A DNA stretch of 61,361 nucleotides from Eubacterium limosum (GCA_959020865.1 CAUEUD010000001.1:1-61361), one strand, 5' to 3'; positions 39,526 to 48,399 are shown, counted from the stretch's first letter. The notes: a model not told the origin generated them from the sequence alone. Translations and numbers: made by a program.

Positions 39526-40674
39526 TTACAATTGAATGGGATAGACGCCGAATTCGTGGGCACATTCGATCATGTGCACCAGATTTTCCGCGCTCACATC
39601 GCTCTGAACATTGTGGGCCGGTGACAGCAGAAAGCCGCCGCCCGGGGCCAGCGCCTTAATGGCGTCGCGCACTTCCCCGGTGATTTCGTCCTTTGTGCCA
39701 AAGGGCAACACTTTCTGAATATCAATATTGCCGTGAAAGGCGATTTTATCACCGAATTCCTGTTTTAGCTCGTAACGGTTCATATGGTTGGCGCCTGGCT
39801 GTACCGGGTCCAGAATGTCGATGCCGCAGTCGATGAGGTCCGGGATAAAGGGGCGGATGGAGCCGCAGCTGTGCAGCATAACCTTCCCCTTGGGGTTCTT
39901 CTTAAGCAGCTCTGTCTTCGCGCTTACCCAGAGCTCCTCAAGATGGGGTTTTACTACCTTCCGGAAGGTTCTCGGTGAAATGAGCGGGCTGTCCTGTGTG
40001 CCCAGATCCTCGCCGCTCAGGCGCAAAATATCCACGTATTCGCCGACAGCGTCGATGCAGACACGGTCGATTTCCTTCTGTATTTTACAGACCTTGTCCA
40101 GCAGCGCGTGGGCAAATTCCTGATTGTTGACCAGGTCGCGGTACCAGCGCTCATGGCCGCGCATATAGGTGGCCACCTCAAAGACCGCGCCGGCAAATTT
40201 TGCCAGAATAGCCAGATCGCTTTTGTCCCGGACCATCTGCATTTCCTCACGCAGGCCCTCAAACCGTTTGGGGTCGCTGGGGTCCGGCCATTCATAATCT
40301 TCCAGATCCTCGATGGTGGCGTCTGCCAGCGGCGGGTTCTGCAGTTCAAAGTAAAAATGCCCGCCGTCGATCATGGTCTTTTTCCAGTAGCAGCCCCATT
40401 CGTCGGTAAAGCTGCCGTCCTCAAACTGTCTGGAATGGGCTGATTTTGCCGATCTCGGCGAAATGTAGTACATGTCCAGATCCAGGCACTGGATCATCTC
40501 CAGCGGCATCTGTACATCGGTCCAGTGGCCCATCCGGGGGGTGTCTGGAAGATGGTCCATCTTCAGCAGCCTTTTCATATCTCTGTATACATCAATGGTC
40601 AGGACCATGTCCACAGGCACCCGGTCGGGCTCCTGGTGGCTGGCCGCTGCCATCACACGTTCTCTCGAATTCAT
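39526..40674 (-). CDS. Uroporphyrinogen decarboxylase / MtaA-CmuA-family methyltransferase-like protein
   Basis: MNSRERV.AA..H.EPDRVP, EDLGTQ..PLISP, LHSCG, NIDIQ..LP.GT, L.PAHNVQ. Confidence 0.85.
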   Translation of the reverse strand: MNSRERVMAAASHQEPDRVPVDMVLTIDVYRDMKRLLKMDHLPDTPRMGHWTDVQMPLEMIQCLDLDMYYISPRSAKSAHSRQFEDGSFTDEWGCYWKKTMIDGGHFYFELQNPPLADATIEDLEDYEWPDPSDPKRFEGLREEMQMVRDKSDLAILAKFAGAVFEVATYMRGHERWYRDLVNNQEFAHALLDKVCKIQKEIDRVCIDAVGEYVDILRLSGEDLGTQDSPLISPRTFRKVVKPHLEELWVSAKTELLKKNPKGKVMLHSCGSIRPFIPDLIDCGIDILDPVQPGANHMNRYELKQEFGDKIAFHGNIDIQKVLPFGTKDEITGEVRDAIKALAPGGGFLLSPAHNVQSDVSAENLVHMIECAHEFGVYPIQL

Positions 40675-40689
40675 TCTTGTCTCTCCTTT

Positions 40690-41259
40690 TTACAAACTCC
40701 AAAGCGCCTCGCAGCTGCACACAATGTTCATGGCGCCTGCCTGGATCATTGTTTTGACATCGCTCGGCTTTGAAACCAGCCCGCTTGTGATCACAGGCTG
40801 TTCAAATTCACTGCTCACCTTGCGCACGATCCGCGGGATCAGCCCTGGCGTCAGCTCGATAATATCTGGCTTCGACGCTTTAAACAGGTTGATACCGCTT
40901 TCCAGCGCCTGATTGTCCATGAGGAATATCCGGTGCACGGTGATCAGATTTTCCTTAGCCGCCAGCTTCAGAATATGGCTTTTGGTCGAGATGACGCCAT
41001 CGATCCCGGTGCGCTCTACCGCGTGCCGGATGCCGCCAATATCTCGTCCAATGCCCTCAATCAGGTCCATGTGCAGGAATACCAGTCCATTGCGCTCTTT
41101 AAATTCCTTAATCAAATTTTCTGCCTTAAAGTAATCGCCTCCTACCATAAACAGCACCCGAACCTTAGAGTCGAGAGCCTGTCTGAAATTCTCCGGGGTC
41201 CGCACAGCAGCGATAACCGGGTATGCCTTAAAAGTCTTCATTTGTTCCTTAGTGATCAT
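40690..41259 (-). CDS. glpP: Glycerol-3-phosphate-responsive antiterminator
   Basis: PVIAAVR, HMDLIEG, DGVISTK, IHRIF-like VHRIFLMD, ELTPGLIP, PVITSGLV. Confidence 0.88.
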   Translation of the reverse strand: MITKEQMKTFKAYPVIAAVRTPENFRQALDSKVRVLFMVGGDYFKAENLIKEFKERNGLVFLHMDLIEGIGRDIGGIRHAVERTGIDGVISTKSHILKLAAKENLITVHRIFLMDNQALESGINLFKASKPDIIELTPGLIPRIVRKVSSEFEQPVITSGLVSKPSDVKTMIQAGAMNIVCSCEALWSL

Positions 41260-41290
41260 TGGAGTGGCCTCTTTCCAATGATTCAAGATA

Positions 41291-41345
41291 GAAAAAAACC
41301 GCCATAAACAAACGGGATAACTCTCCCATTTATTTATTGCGGTTT
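41291..41345 (-). terminator. Leader terminator upstream of glpP (candidate GlpP target)
   Basis: AACCGCAATAAATAAATGGGA...TCCCGTTTGTTTATGGCGGTTTTTTT lies between promoter and glpP start. Confidence 0.75.
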
Positions 41346-41380
41346 CTACAATCTCAAACCAATACGTATTAATTTATTTC

Positions 41381-41409
41381 ATAATAGCATGTCTGTAAAT
41401 CGATGTCAA
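41381..41409 (-). promoter_or_regulatory. Sigma-A promoter of glpP operon
   Basis: TTGACA-17 bp-TATTAT with TG extension. Confidence 0.7.
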
Positions 41410-41444
41410 CGGTTTTTTCTGTTATTAAGGAATCTTTTACGATT

Positions 41445-42212
41445 TTACAGGATCTCTATCCCGTTATTCCGGGCGTATTCTCTGTAAATCTCCGGCTCTT
41501 TACCGTCGACAATAAAGGCCTCAAAAATATTCAGGTCAAACATCTTTGCCAGAGATATCTTGTCGAACTTGGTATAGTCGGCCATGAGATAGCACTTCTG
41601 GCTGATCTCGGCCAGCGTCTGGTTGACCTCGATCTCCTCCAGCGAGCTGTGGGTCACGCCCTTGGGAATGGAAACAGCCAAAACCCCCATAAAGGCTTTG
41701 TCAATGTTAAACTTCCTGAGGAAATCGTCCGCGTCCTTTCCGTAAAAAGCGCCGGAAATGCTGCGCAGCCGCCCGCCGGGCATAAAGACATTCACACCCT
41801 TTACAGTGGATGCCTTGAGGGCCACATTCAGCGACAGCGTTATGACGTTCAGGCTTTTCATATCCTCCAGATAATCGAGAACCAGCTCGACGGTGCTGCC
41901 GGAGTTCAGCGCGATGGTGTCCCCATCCTTGATCAGCCTTGCCGCCTTTTGCGCAATGATCCGTTTTTCATCCAGGTTTTGCAGCTTCTTCTGGGCAATG
42001 TTCATCTCCACAGTGGTCTGGCTTGCCAGGCTTTCCTTGGCATAGGCGCCGCCGTAGGTCAGCTCAATGCCGTACTCCTCTGCCAGGTATTTTAAATCCC
42101 TCCGGATGGTTGGCACGCCCACCTCATATTTTTTTGCCAGCGCGTCGGCCTTTACAGAGCCCTCCTTCAGGATTTTATTGAGTATTTCTTTTCTGCGTTC
42201 TACATGCAGCAT
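41445..42212 (-). CDS. DeoR/GlpR-family transcriptional regulator
   Basis: ERRKEIL...TIRRDL HTH; EKRIIAQKAA.LI.DGDTI.L.SGST. Confidence 0.93.
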   Translation of the reverse strand: MLHVERRKEILNKILKEGSVKADALAKKYEVGVPTIRRDLKYLAEEYGIELTYGGAYAKESLASQTTVEMNIAQKKLQNLDEKRIIAQKAARLIKDGDTIALNSGSTVELVLDYLEDMKSLNVITLSLNVALKASTVKGVNVFMPGGRLRSISGAFYGKDADDFLRKFNIDKAFMGVLAVSIPKGVTHSSLEEIEVNQTLAEISQKCYLMADYTKFDKISLAKMFDLNIFEAFIVDGKEPEIYREYARNNGIEIL

Positions 42213-42272
42213 TTAATTCACCGCCCTTTTCTACCAACACTATACCATTTCTTTCATACCTGTGCAAGGGGT

Positions 42273-42836
42273 TCAGCCGGCTGTTCCCTGCCATTCACGG
42301 CGCAGAATGCTGTAAACGGCCGCGTCGCAGCGCCCATAGTTGCTCACATTGTATTCCCGGAGCACCCCTTCTTTTGTCATACCGCACTTCTGCATGACTC
42401 TCCCGGACGCCGGGTTTTCCACCGCGTGCAGAGACTCAATGCGGTTAACACCCACGCGCTCAAAGAAAAAACGGATCACCGCTGACAACGCCTCAGATGT
42501 GAGCCCCTGATTCCAGTATTTCCGGCCAATGCAGTAGCCCACATGCACATACTCAGCCGCCTCGTCGACACGGACCGCGCCAATGCTTCCAATGGGCTCG
42601 CCGGTTTCCTTCAGCGTGATGCACCAGTTGTAATCACTCAGTAAAATGGCGTCGTTCTGCCACTTTTCGATGATGGCCCGGGAGTCCTCAGGGCTCTCGT
42701 GGGTGGGCCAGCTCATAAATCGGGTAACCTCCGGGTCTCCTGCCCAGCCCAGGTACATGGCCTCTGCGTCGTCAATGGAAAACTGACGCAGCACCAGCCG
42801 CTCGGTTTCAATTCTACGCGTTCCCTGATGGTTCAT
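42273..42836 (-). CDS. RimJ/RimL-type GNAT N-acetyltransferase
   Basis: ETERLVLR, GYCIGRKYWNQG, NPASGRVMQKCGM. Confidence 0.9.
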   Translation of the reverse strand: MNHQGTRRIETERLVLRQFSIDDAEAMYLGWAGDPEVTRFMSWPTHESPEDSRAIIEKWQNDAILLSDYNWCITLKETGEPIGSIGAVRVDEAAEYVHVGYCIGRKYWNQGLTSEALSAVIRFFFERVGVNRIESLHAVENPASGRVMQKCGMTKEGVLREYNVSNYGRCDAAVYSILRREWQGTAG

Positions 42837-42934
42837 GGTTATCACTCACTTTCTTTTATAGAGTATTATATCAAGAATTTTTTCAACTGTCGATAAAGAT
42901 TTCGGCATAAAAGTCTTTTAGGTGGAAGGAGAAC

Positions 42935-43071
42935 AGTTGAAAGTTGATAATTTTGGTGCAAATTCACTAAAGCGAATTTGATGAGATGCGACCTGCGGCC
43001 ACAGTATTAATCGCTTTTGTGTCAAGCAAAAGGGTTCAATAACTATCCACTATCAACTCTCACTCTCAACT
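42935..43071 (+). repeat. Heptamer-armed cloverleaf element, copy E
   Basis: AGTTGAW arms; GGTGCAAATTC/GAATTTG; AATCGCTTTTG...CAAAAGGGTTC; ATCCACT/ATCAACT arms. Confidence 0.85.
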
Positions 43072-43141
43072 AACCACTCCTTTTCCTGATTTTTTATGAT
43101 ATAATACTTCCAGAAAAATGCGAATCAGGAGGTTTTTACAC

Positions 43142-44257
43142 ATGCTTACATCAACCACGCGCGCATTTGGCTCCCCCAGCCGCTACATTCAGGGCTACGG
43201 CGAGCTTGAGCGCCTTCAGGACTATACAGCCGACTACGGGAAAAAGGTGCTTGCCATCATCGACCCGTTTTTTTACGACACCCTTTCCCCATCCCTAAAG
43301 GAAGCCTTTGAGGCTGCTGGCTCTGCCATCGAATCCGTTAAATTCGGCGGCGAAACCACCATCACCGAGCTTGAGCGTCTGGCGGCTATCGCCTCGCAAA
43401 ACGGCAGTGATGTCGTTGTGGGGATCGGAGGCGGTAAAACCATCGACGCGGCCAAATACACCGGCATCGCGGTATCCGCAGCCATTGTCATTGCCCCGAC
43501 CTCTGCCGCCACCGACGCGCCGACCTCTGCGCTCTCGGTCACTTACACCGAGGAAGGCGTCCACGCTGAAACCATCTATTTCAAACGCAACCCCGACCTC
43601 ATTCTGGTCGACAGCAAAATCGTCTCCAAAGCGCCGATCCGTTTGCTGGTATCTGGGATGGGCGACGCGCTGTCCACCTATTTTGAAGCCCGGGCGCATC
43701 TGGAGTCCAACACCGCCAACCGCATTGGAAAAGGCTACCGCACGACCCTGGCAGGGATGGCGGTGTCTGAGCTGTGCTACCGGGTGCTGCTTGAGGACGG
43801 CCTGAAGGCCAGGCAGGCTGCCGAAGCCGGCGCCTGTACCGAGGCGCTTGAAAACATTATCGAGGCCAACACCCTGCTCAGCGGGCTGGGCGTAGAATGT
43901 GTGGGCTGCGCAGGAGCGCACGCGCTGAACAGCGGCTTTTCCGCTGTGGAGGCCTGCCGGAATTACACCCACGGTGAGATCGTCGCCTTTGGCACCCTGT
44001 GCCAGCTGGTGCTCGAAAACCGCCCAAAAGCGGAAATCGAGGAGGTTTTGGACTTTTCCACCAGCGTGGGCCTGCCTGTCACCCTCGCCGAAATCGGTCT
44101 GGATGCCCGTATGGAGGCCGATCTTCGCCTGGTAGCCGAGCGCGCCGCAAAGGCCAAGCACATCGCCGCCGAGCCTGTCACCGTTAACCCTGAAATCATC
44201 TACCATGCCATCCTGGCCGCTGACGCAATGGGCCGGGGGTGGAAGACGGAAGGTTGA
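43142..44257 (+). CDS. gldA: Glycerol dehydrogenase
   Basis: SPSRYIQG, GIGGGKTIDAAK, PTSAATDAPTSALSV, GMGDALSTYFEA, HGEIVAFG. Confidence 0.88.
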   Translation: MLTSTTRAFGSPSRYIQGYGELERLQDYTADYGKKVLAIIDPFFYDTLSPSLKEAFEAAGSAIESVKFGGETTITELERLAAIASQNGSDVVVGIGGGKTIDAAKYTGIAVSAAIVIAPTSAATDAPTSALSVTYTEEGVHAETIYFKRNPDLILVDSKIVSKAPIRLLVSGMGDALSTYFEARAHLESNTANRIGKGYRTTLAGMAVSELCYRVLLEDGLKARQAAEAGACTEALENIIEANTLLSGLGVECVGCAGAHALNSGFSAVEACRNYTHGEIVAFGTLCQLVLENRPKAEIEEVLDFSTSVGLPVTLAEIGLDARMEADLRLVAERAAKAKHIAAEPVTVNPEIIYHAILAADAMGRGWKTEG

Positions 44258-44284
44258 TTCAAGGTTAAATCCAGAGGCTGTTTT

Positions 44285-44473
44285 AATGGAAAATTGAGAA
44301 TGGAGAATGGAGAATGACGATGAGTCCAAAGTTAGAATAACTTTGGGGAACGAACCTAATGCATAGCTACAGGAACAAAATGCTGCGCATTTTGAATGAA
44401 ATAGCGGCCATAGGCCGCTGTCTTAATCGCTTTTGCGGCAGCAAAAGAGGTTTTTCATTTTCCATTCTCAATT
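44285..44473 (+). repeat. Heptamer-armed cloverleaf element, copy F (with extra hairpin)
   Basis: AATGGAG arms; extra CCAAAGTTA/TAACTTTGG hairpin; CAAAATGC/GCATTTTG; AGCGGCC-ata-GGCCGCT; AATCGCTTTTGC..GCAAAAG. Confidence 0.88.
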
Positions 44474-44527
44474 AACAGTCCTCTCATTCACGTTCTGCCT
44501 GTTTATGATAGCATTTGTCTACACGCT
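44474..44527 (-). mobile_element. MITE-like shell end (AGCGTGTAGACAAA...GAGGACTGTT)
   Basis: Reverse complement aligns with 36742-36794 and 53441-53485. Confidence 0.6.
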
Positions 44528-44529
44528 GC

Positions 44530-44554
44530 GACCGTTTTTATACGGTCTTTTTTT
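44530..44554 (+). terminator. Intrinsic terminator after gldA
   Basis: GACCGT-ttttat-ACGGTC followed by T7. Confidence 0.7.
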
Positions 44555-44776
44555 AATATCACAATTTTTTACCCTTTCTGGACAAAAAAAACGGGAACTT
44601 TTTCTCTTTTTTTTCGATTGTATAGATAGAGGCCTTTACACGTGAATAAGGGCAAAGACAAACAAAAGTTGCTCATTTGGCACTAAAACGCAAAAGCATT
44701 TTTTAAAAGCATTATATATTTCATTTTATAATATATTCACTTAAACCAGATGGTTGCTATTTCTGCCAAAAAAGGA

Positions 44777-44863
44777 ATGTATGTAGTAGAAGCATTTTTT
44801 TACAATGATCAATGAAACACCCTGCCATTTTCAAAAAACTCGGTATGTATGTAGTAGAAGCAT
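44777..44863 (+). repeat. 19-bp perfect direct repeat (44777-44795, 44845-44863)
   Basis: ATGTATGTAGTAGAAGCAT twice, just upstream of the replication initiator RBS. Confidence 0.85.
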
Positions 44864-44882
44864 CTCAAGAGGAGGAAAAAAT

Positions 44883-45599
44883 ATGGATTATCTCAAACAG
44901 CTCAACGCCTACCGGAGAAAGCGCCTGGCAGCGCCCATCTCATCCAACGCCATTGCCCTTTACGCCATTCTGCTGGAGTACGCCAACGACCTGTATTTCC
45001 CAGACCGCTTTACCGCGGCTAATTCAGTGATCTGCGGCCTCAGCGGCCTCAGCCTGACGCGGATGCAGGCCGCCCGGAAGGAGCTCTGTGAAGGCGGTTT
45101 CCTGGCTTATACGAATGGGCACAGGGACCAATGCGGTACCTATCAGCTTACCGATCTGGTTCAAGCCTCCAGCATGCCCCAACAAGACGCAAAACCGGAC
45201 AACAAACCAGTTAGTAAACCGGATACTAAACTGGTTAGTAAACCGGACAGCAAACCGGTTAGTAAACCGGATAACAAACTGGTTAGCAAACCGGACACAT
45301 TAAATAAACCAAACCAAAGCAAACCAGACCAACTAAAAGAGCGCTACGGCGACTTCGTGACCCTCACTCCCGATGAACGGATAAAGCTGAGGGAACGCCT
45401 GGGCGAACCGGACACCGTGCGCTACATCGAAAGACTAAACGAGTACATTGGCCAAATCGGCCAGAAAGCCGCCAATAAGCGCTACAGAAGCCATTACCAT
45501 ACCATTCTCAGCTTTTACCGCAGAGACTCGGAAAAGCGGCATGAACAGCCAAACAGCTCCATTCCAGATTACACCGCAAACAAAGGAGAAAGCCTGTGA
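44883..45599 (+). CDS. Phage-type replication initiator / replisome organizer (N-terminal wHTH)
   Basis: MDYLKQLNAY...SSNAIALY..LL..AN...F.A.NS.....SGLS...AR..L...G pattern; internal low-complexity repeat; GAGGAGG RBS; followed by DnaC-like gene. Confidence 0.75.
   Translation: MDYLKQLNAYRRKRLAAPISSNAIALYAILLEYANDLYFPDRFTAANSVICGLSGLSLTRMQAARKELCEGGFLAYTNGHRDQCGTYQLTDLVQASSMPQQDAKPDNKPVSKPDTKLVSKPDSKPVSKPDNKLVSKPDTLNKPNQSKPDQLKERYGDFVTLTPDERIKLRERLGEPDTVRYIERLNEYIGQIGQKAANKRYRSHYHTILSFYRRDSEKRHEQPNSSIPDYTANKGESL
45192..45299 (+). repeat. Nine tandem 12-bp units (24-bp period); candidate iterons
   Basis: AAACCGGAYANY alternating with AAACYRGTTAGY, followed by an A/C-rich strand-asymmetric tract. 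Confidence 0.9.
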
Positions 45600-46420
45600 A
45601 TTTTGAAGTCAGAATCCCCGATCCCAACGCCGACAGCCCGGAATTTTATATGGAGAACGGACTCAAACACTGTCCGCTTTGCCACACCCCCATGGAGACA
45701 TGGGTGACCCTGGGCGCCACCCGGAAAACAGTATCCTGCCTGTGCCAGTGCAGAACCGAAGCCCGCGACCAGCGTGACCAGGCGTTTAAGGCCCGTCAGG
45801 AAGCAGAGCGTCAGAAAATCCGAAAAGCCTCCCATATTCACGACCCCGCCCTGCGCAGAATGACCTTTGAGGCCGACAATGGCGCCTGCCCCGGGGCCAT
45901 CGAAAAGGCAAAGCGGTACGTGGCGCAGTTTGAGGAAAACCTCAGAGAGAACATCGGCCTGTTGTTTTACGGCGACGTGGGCACTGGAAAGACCTTTACC
46001 GCCGGCTGTATCATCAACGCTCTGGATGACAAGGGCTATAACGTCCTGGGCACCAGTCTCACCCGGCTGAGAGACGACATGCCCGGCGAGTTCGATAAAG
46101 ACCGGAGCCGTAATGCCTACTATGACCGCCTGGCCGGCTATGACCTGGTGCTCATCGACGATTTCGGCATTGAGAGACAGAGCGAATACACCCTGGAACA
46201 GATCTACAGCCTCATCGACGCCCGGTACAAAAGCGGAAAGCCCACCATCATCACCACCAACCTGACGCCCGAGCAGCTCAATCATCCTCAGAGCATGGCC
46301 ACACGCCGCATCTATGACCGCATCACAGGAATGTGCTGCCCCATGCTTTTCGAGGGCCAAAGCCAGAGACAGGCGCAGCACCGGGAAAAGCTGGAAAAAG
46401 CGCGGAAAATGCTGTCTTAA
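45596..46420 (+). CDS. DnaC/IstB-like AAA+ helicase loader
   Basis: CPLC...CLCQC Zn motif, Walker A GDVGTGKT, Walker B LVLIDDFG, IITTNL, RIYDRI; GTGA overlap. Confidence 0.9.
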   Translation: MNFEVRIPDPNADSPEFYMENGLKHCPLCHTPMETWVTLGATRKTVSCLCQCRTEARDQRDQAFKARQEAERQKIRKASHIHDPALRRMTFEADNGACPGAIEKAKRYVAQFEENLRENIGLLFYGDVGTGKTFTAGCIINALDDKGYNVLGTSLTRLRDDMPGEFDKDRSRNAYYDRLAGYDLVLIDDFGIERQSEYTLEQIYSLIDARYKSGKPTIITTNLTPEQLNHPQSMATRRIYDRITGMCCPMLFEGQSQRQAQHREKLEKARKMLS

Positions 46421-46430
46421 AAACTTTCCC

Positions 46431-46484
46431 TTGACAAACCTTTCAAGCGAGTATATACTGTGTATATCGTATATATACAGTATA
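46431..46484 (+). promoter_or_regulatory. Promoter with YtrA-type palindromic operator
   Basis: TTGACA-17-TATACT overlapped by TATACTGTGTATAT-cgt-ATATATACAGTATA inverted repeat. Confidence 0.8.
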
Positions 46485-46503
46485 ACTTTCGAAAGGATCA
46501 TCC

Positions 46504-46881
46504 ATGGATATTATTATCAGCAACAGCAGTGGGAAGCCCATCTATGAGCAGATCACCACGCAGATAAAAAATAAGATCATTACAGGCGAGCTAAGGCCCG
46601 GCGACGCGCTGCCCTCCATGCGCGTTCTGGCAAAGGAGCTGCGCATCAGCGTCATCACCACCAAGCGGGCCTACGCCGATCTGGAACAGGACGGCTTTAT
46701 CGAGACCGCTCCGGGCAAAGGCAGCTTTGTCGCCCAGAAGAATACCGAGTTCATCCGTGAAGAAAATTACCGGCAGATACAGGACCTGCTGGAACAGGCC
46801 ATTGACCTCTCAAAGAGCTGCGGCCTCACCCTTTCTGAGCTCACCGAACTCATCACATTACTCTACAAAGGAGACAGCTAA
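46504..46881 (+). CDS. GntR (YtrA subfamily) transcriptional regulator
   Basis: PIYEQI..QIK, LPSMRVLAKEL.ISVITTKRAY, 125 aa. Confidence 0.93.
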   Translation: MDIIISNSSGKPIYEQITTQIKNKIITGELRPGDALPSMRVLAKELRISVITTKRAYADLEQDGFIETAPGKGSFVAQKNTEFIREENYRQIQDLLEQAIDLSKSCGLTLSELTELITLLYKGDS

Positions 46882-47747
46882 TGGACACTCAAAACGCCAT
46901 TGAAATTAAAAACCTCAGCAAACACTACCCCGGCTTTTCCCTGAAGGACGTCAACTTCAGCCTGCCTTCCGGCAGCATCATGGGCTTTATCGGAGAAAAC
47001 GGCGCGGGTAAAACCACCACCATCAAGGCACTGCTGGGCCTGATCCATCCCGACAGCGGCACCATGCAGATTCTGGGGCTGGACACTGCGCAGAATGAAA
47101 AAGACATCAAAAAAGAACTGGGCGTTGTTTTTGCCGACCAGAACTTTCCCGATGACCTCCGCCCCCCTGAAATCACAAAGATTATGGGGAACATCTATAA
47201 AACCTGGGATAAGGCTCTGTTCGAGGATTACCTCTCACGCTTCAGCCTTCCCGCAGACAAACGGCTCAAGGACCTTTCCAAAGGGATGAAGATGAAGCTT
47301 TCCATCGCCGCCGCCCTGTCCCACAGGCCCAGGCTCCTGATTCTGGACGAGGCCACCAGCGGGCTGGACCCGGTCGTGCGCAACGAAATACTGGACATCT
47401 TTCAGGAATTCATCGAGGATGAGGATCACTCGATCCTTATGTCCTCCCACATTACCAGCGATCTGGAGCGTGTGGCCGACTACATCACCTTTATCCACGA
47501 CGGACAGATTCTGTTCAGCGAGCCCAAGGACGCGCTCATCGAAAACCACGGCATCCTCAAATGCAGCCCGAATCAGTTTGAGACCCTTACCCTCACAGAC
47601 GTTGTGGGTATCCAGCGCTCCAGCTTTGACGTCCAGGTCCTAGTCAAAAATCCAGCGGCCGTGAGAAACCGCTACCGGGACATGATCATCGATCCCCCCA
47701 GCCTGGAGGAGATCATGCTGTTTTATACCAAAGGAGACCAAAAATGA
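46881..47747 (+). CDS. ABC transporter ATP-binding protein
   Basis: GENGAGKTT, LSKGMKMK, LILDEATSGLD. Confidence 0.93.
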   Translation: MDTQNAIEIKNLSKHYPGFSLKDVNFSLPSGSIMGFIGENGAGKTTTIKALLGLIHPDSGTMQILGLDTAQNEKDIKKELGVVFADQNFPDDLRPPEITKIMGNIYKTWDKALFEDYLSRFSLPADKRLKDLSKGMKMKLSIAAALSHRPRLLILDEATSGLDPVVRNEILDIFQEFIEDEDHSILMSSHITSDLERVADYITFIHDGQILFSEPKDALIENHGILKCSPNQFETLTLTDVVGIQRSSFDVQVLVKNPAAVRNRYRDMIIDPPSLEEIMLFYTKGDQK

Positions 47748-48370
47748 AAGGCTTAATCATCAAAGAATTTCTCGGCCTGCGCCGGTATTTCAGAATACTG
47801 GCTGTGCTCATGGTGCTGTATATTTTTATGGCCTTTGGCATGACCTCGGTCAGCATTTTCGCTGCTATCAACGCCATTCTGGTCATGATCTGTTCGCTCA
47901 GCAGCTTCAGCTATGACAGCTACAACCACTGGAACGAATTCGCCATGTCCCTGCCCCTGAGCCGGGCCGACCTCGTGAAAAGCAAGTACCTTTTCATTCT
48001 TCTGCTGTGCGCCTTCGGCACAGCGGTCACCCTCATCCTCAGTCTCATTGTGGGCCTGATCATCCACCTGCCCATGCAGGAGATTTTTATCGCTACCCTG
48101 TGCTCTGCGCTGACCGCACTGTTTCTCGGCGCTCTCACCACACCCTTCATCTACAAATTCGGGGTTGAAAAGGCACGCTACATTCTGATCATTATCGTGA
48201 TGATCCCAACCCTTGTCTTTGTGAGCTTTGGCAGCTATCTGCCTGCGCTCCATCTGCCCTCAGCCCAGACCCTCACCCTGCTGGCCTGGTGCTCCCCGGT
48301 ATTCGTGCTGGCGTTTGTGTTCCTGTCTTATTTGATTTCAAGGCATATCTTTATGAATAAGGATTTGTAG
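47744..48370 (+). CDS. ABC-2 transporter permease (paralog 1)
   Basis: MKGLIIKEF...SLPLSR.DLVKSKY, six TMs. Confidence 0.88.
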   Translation: MKGLIIKEFLGLRRYFRILAVLMVLYIFMAFGMTSVSIFAAINAILVMICSLSSFSYDSYNHWNEFAMSLPLSRADLVKSKYLFILLLCAFGTAVTLILSLIVGLIIHLPMQEIFIATLCSALTALFLGALTTPFIYKFGVEKARYILIIIVMIPTLVFVSFGSYLPALHLPSAQTLTLLAWCSPVFVLAFVFLSYLISRHIFMNKDL

Positions 48371-48399
48371 AATGCCTGCTGCACAAAAAAGGAGTAAAA

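Noticed and set aside
43295..44329. 344 aa minus-strand ORF, and similar ORFs starting in repeats (27051-27581, 49326-49973, 50782-51456)
   Set aside because: Antisense to real genes; their N-termini are translated heptamer repeats (FSILHSQFS, LSTIHYQL).
45192..45299. CRISPR or intergenic VNTR
   Set aside because: Contiguous in-frame 12-bp units without spacers inside a CDS; better explained as iterons or a linker.
45596..46420. IS21-family element (IstB)
   Set aside because: No IstA DDE transposase or terminal inverted repeats; the upstream gene is initiator-like and the ATPase has the Zn-binding N-terminus of helicase loaders.
44600..46500. Intact prophage or ICE
   Set aside because: No integrase, relaxase, structural or lysis genes in the window.
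45569..46501. 310 aa minus-strand ORF
   Set aside because: Antisense shadow of the DnaC-like gene.
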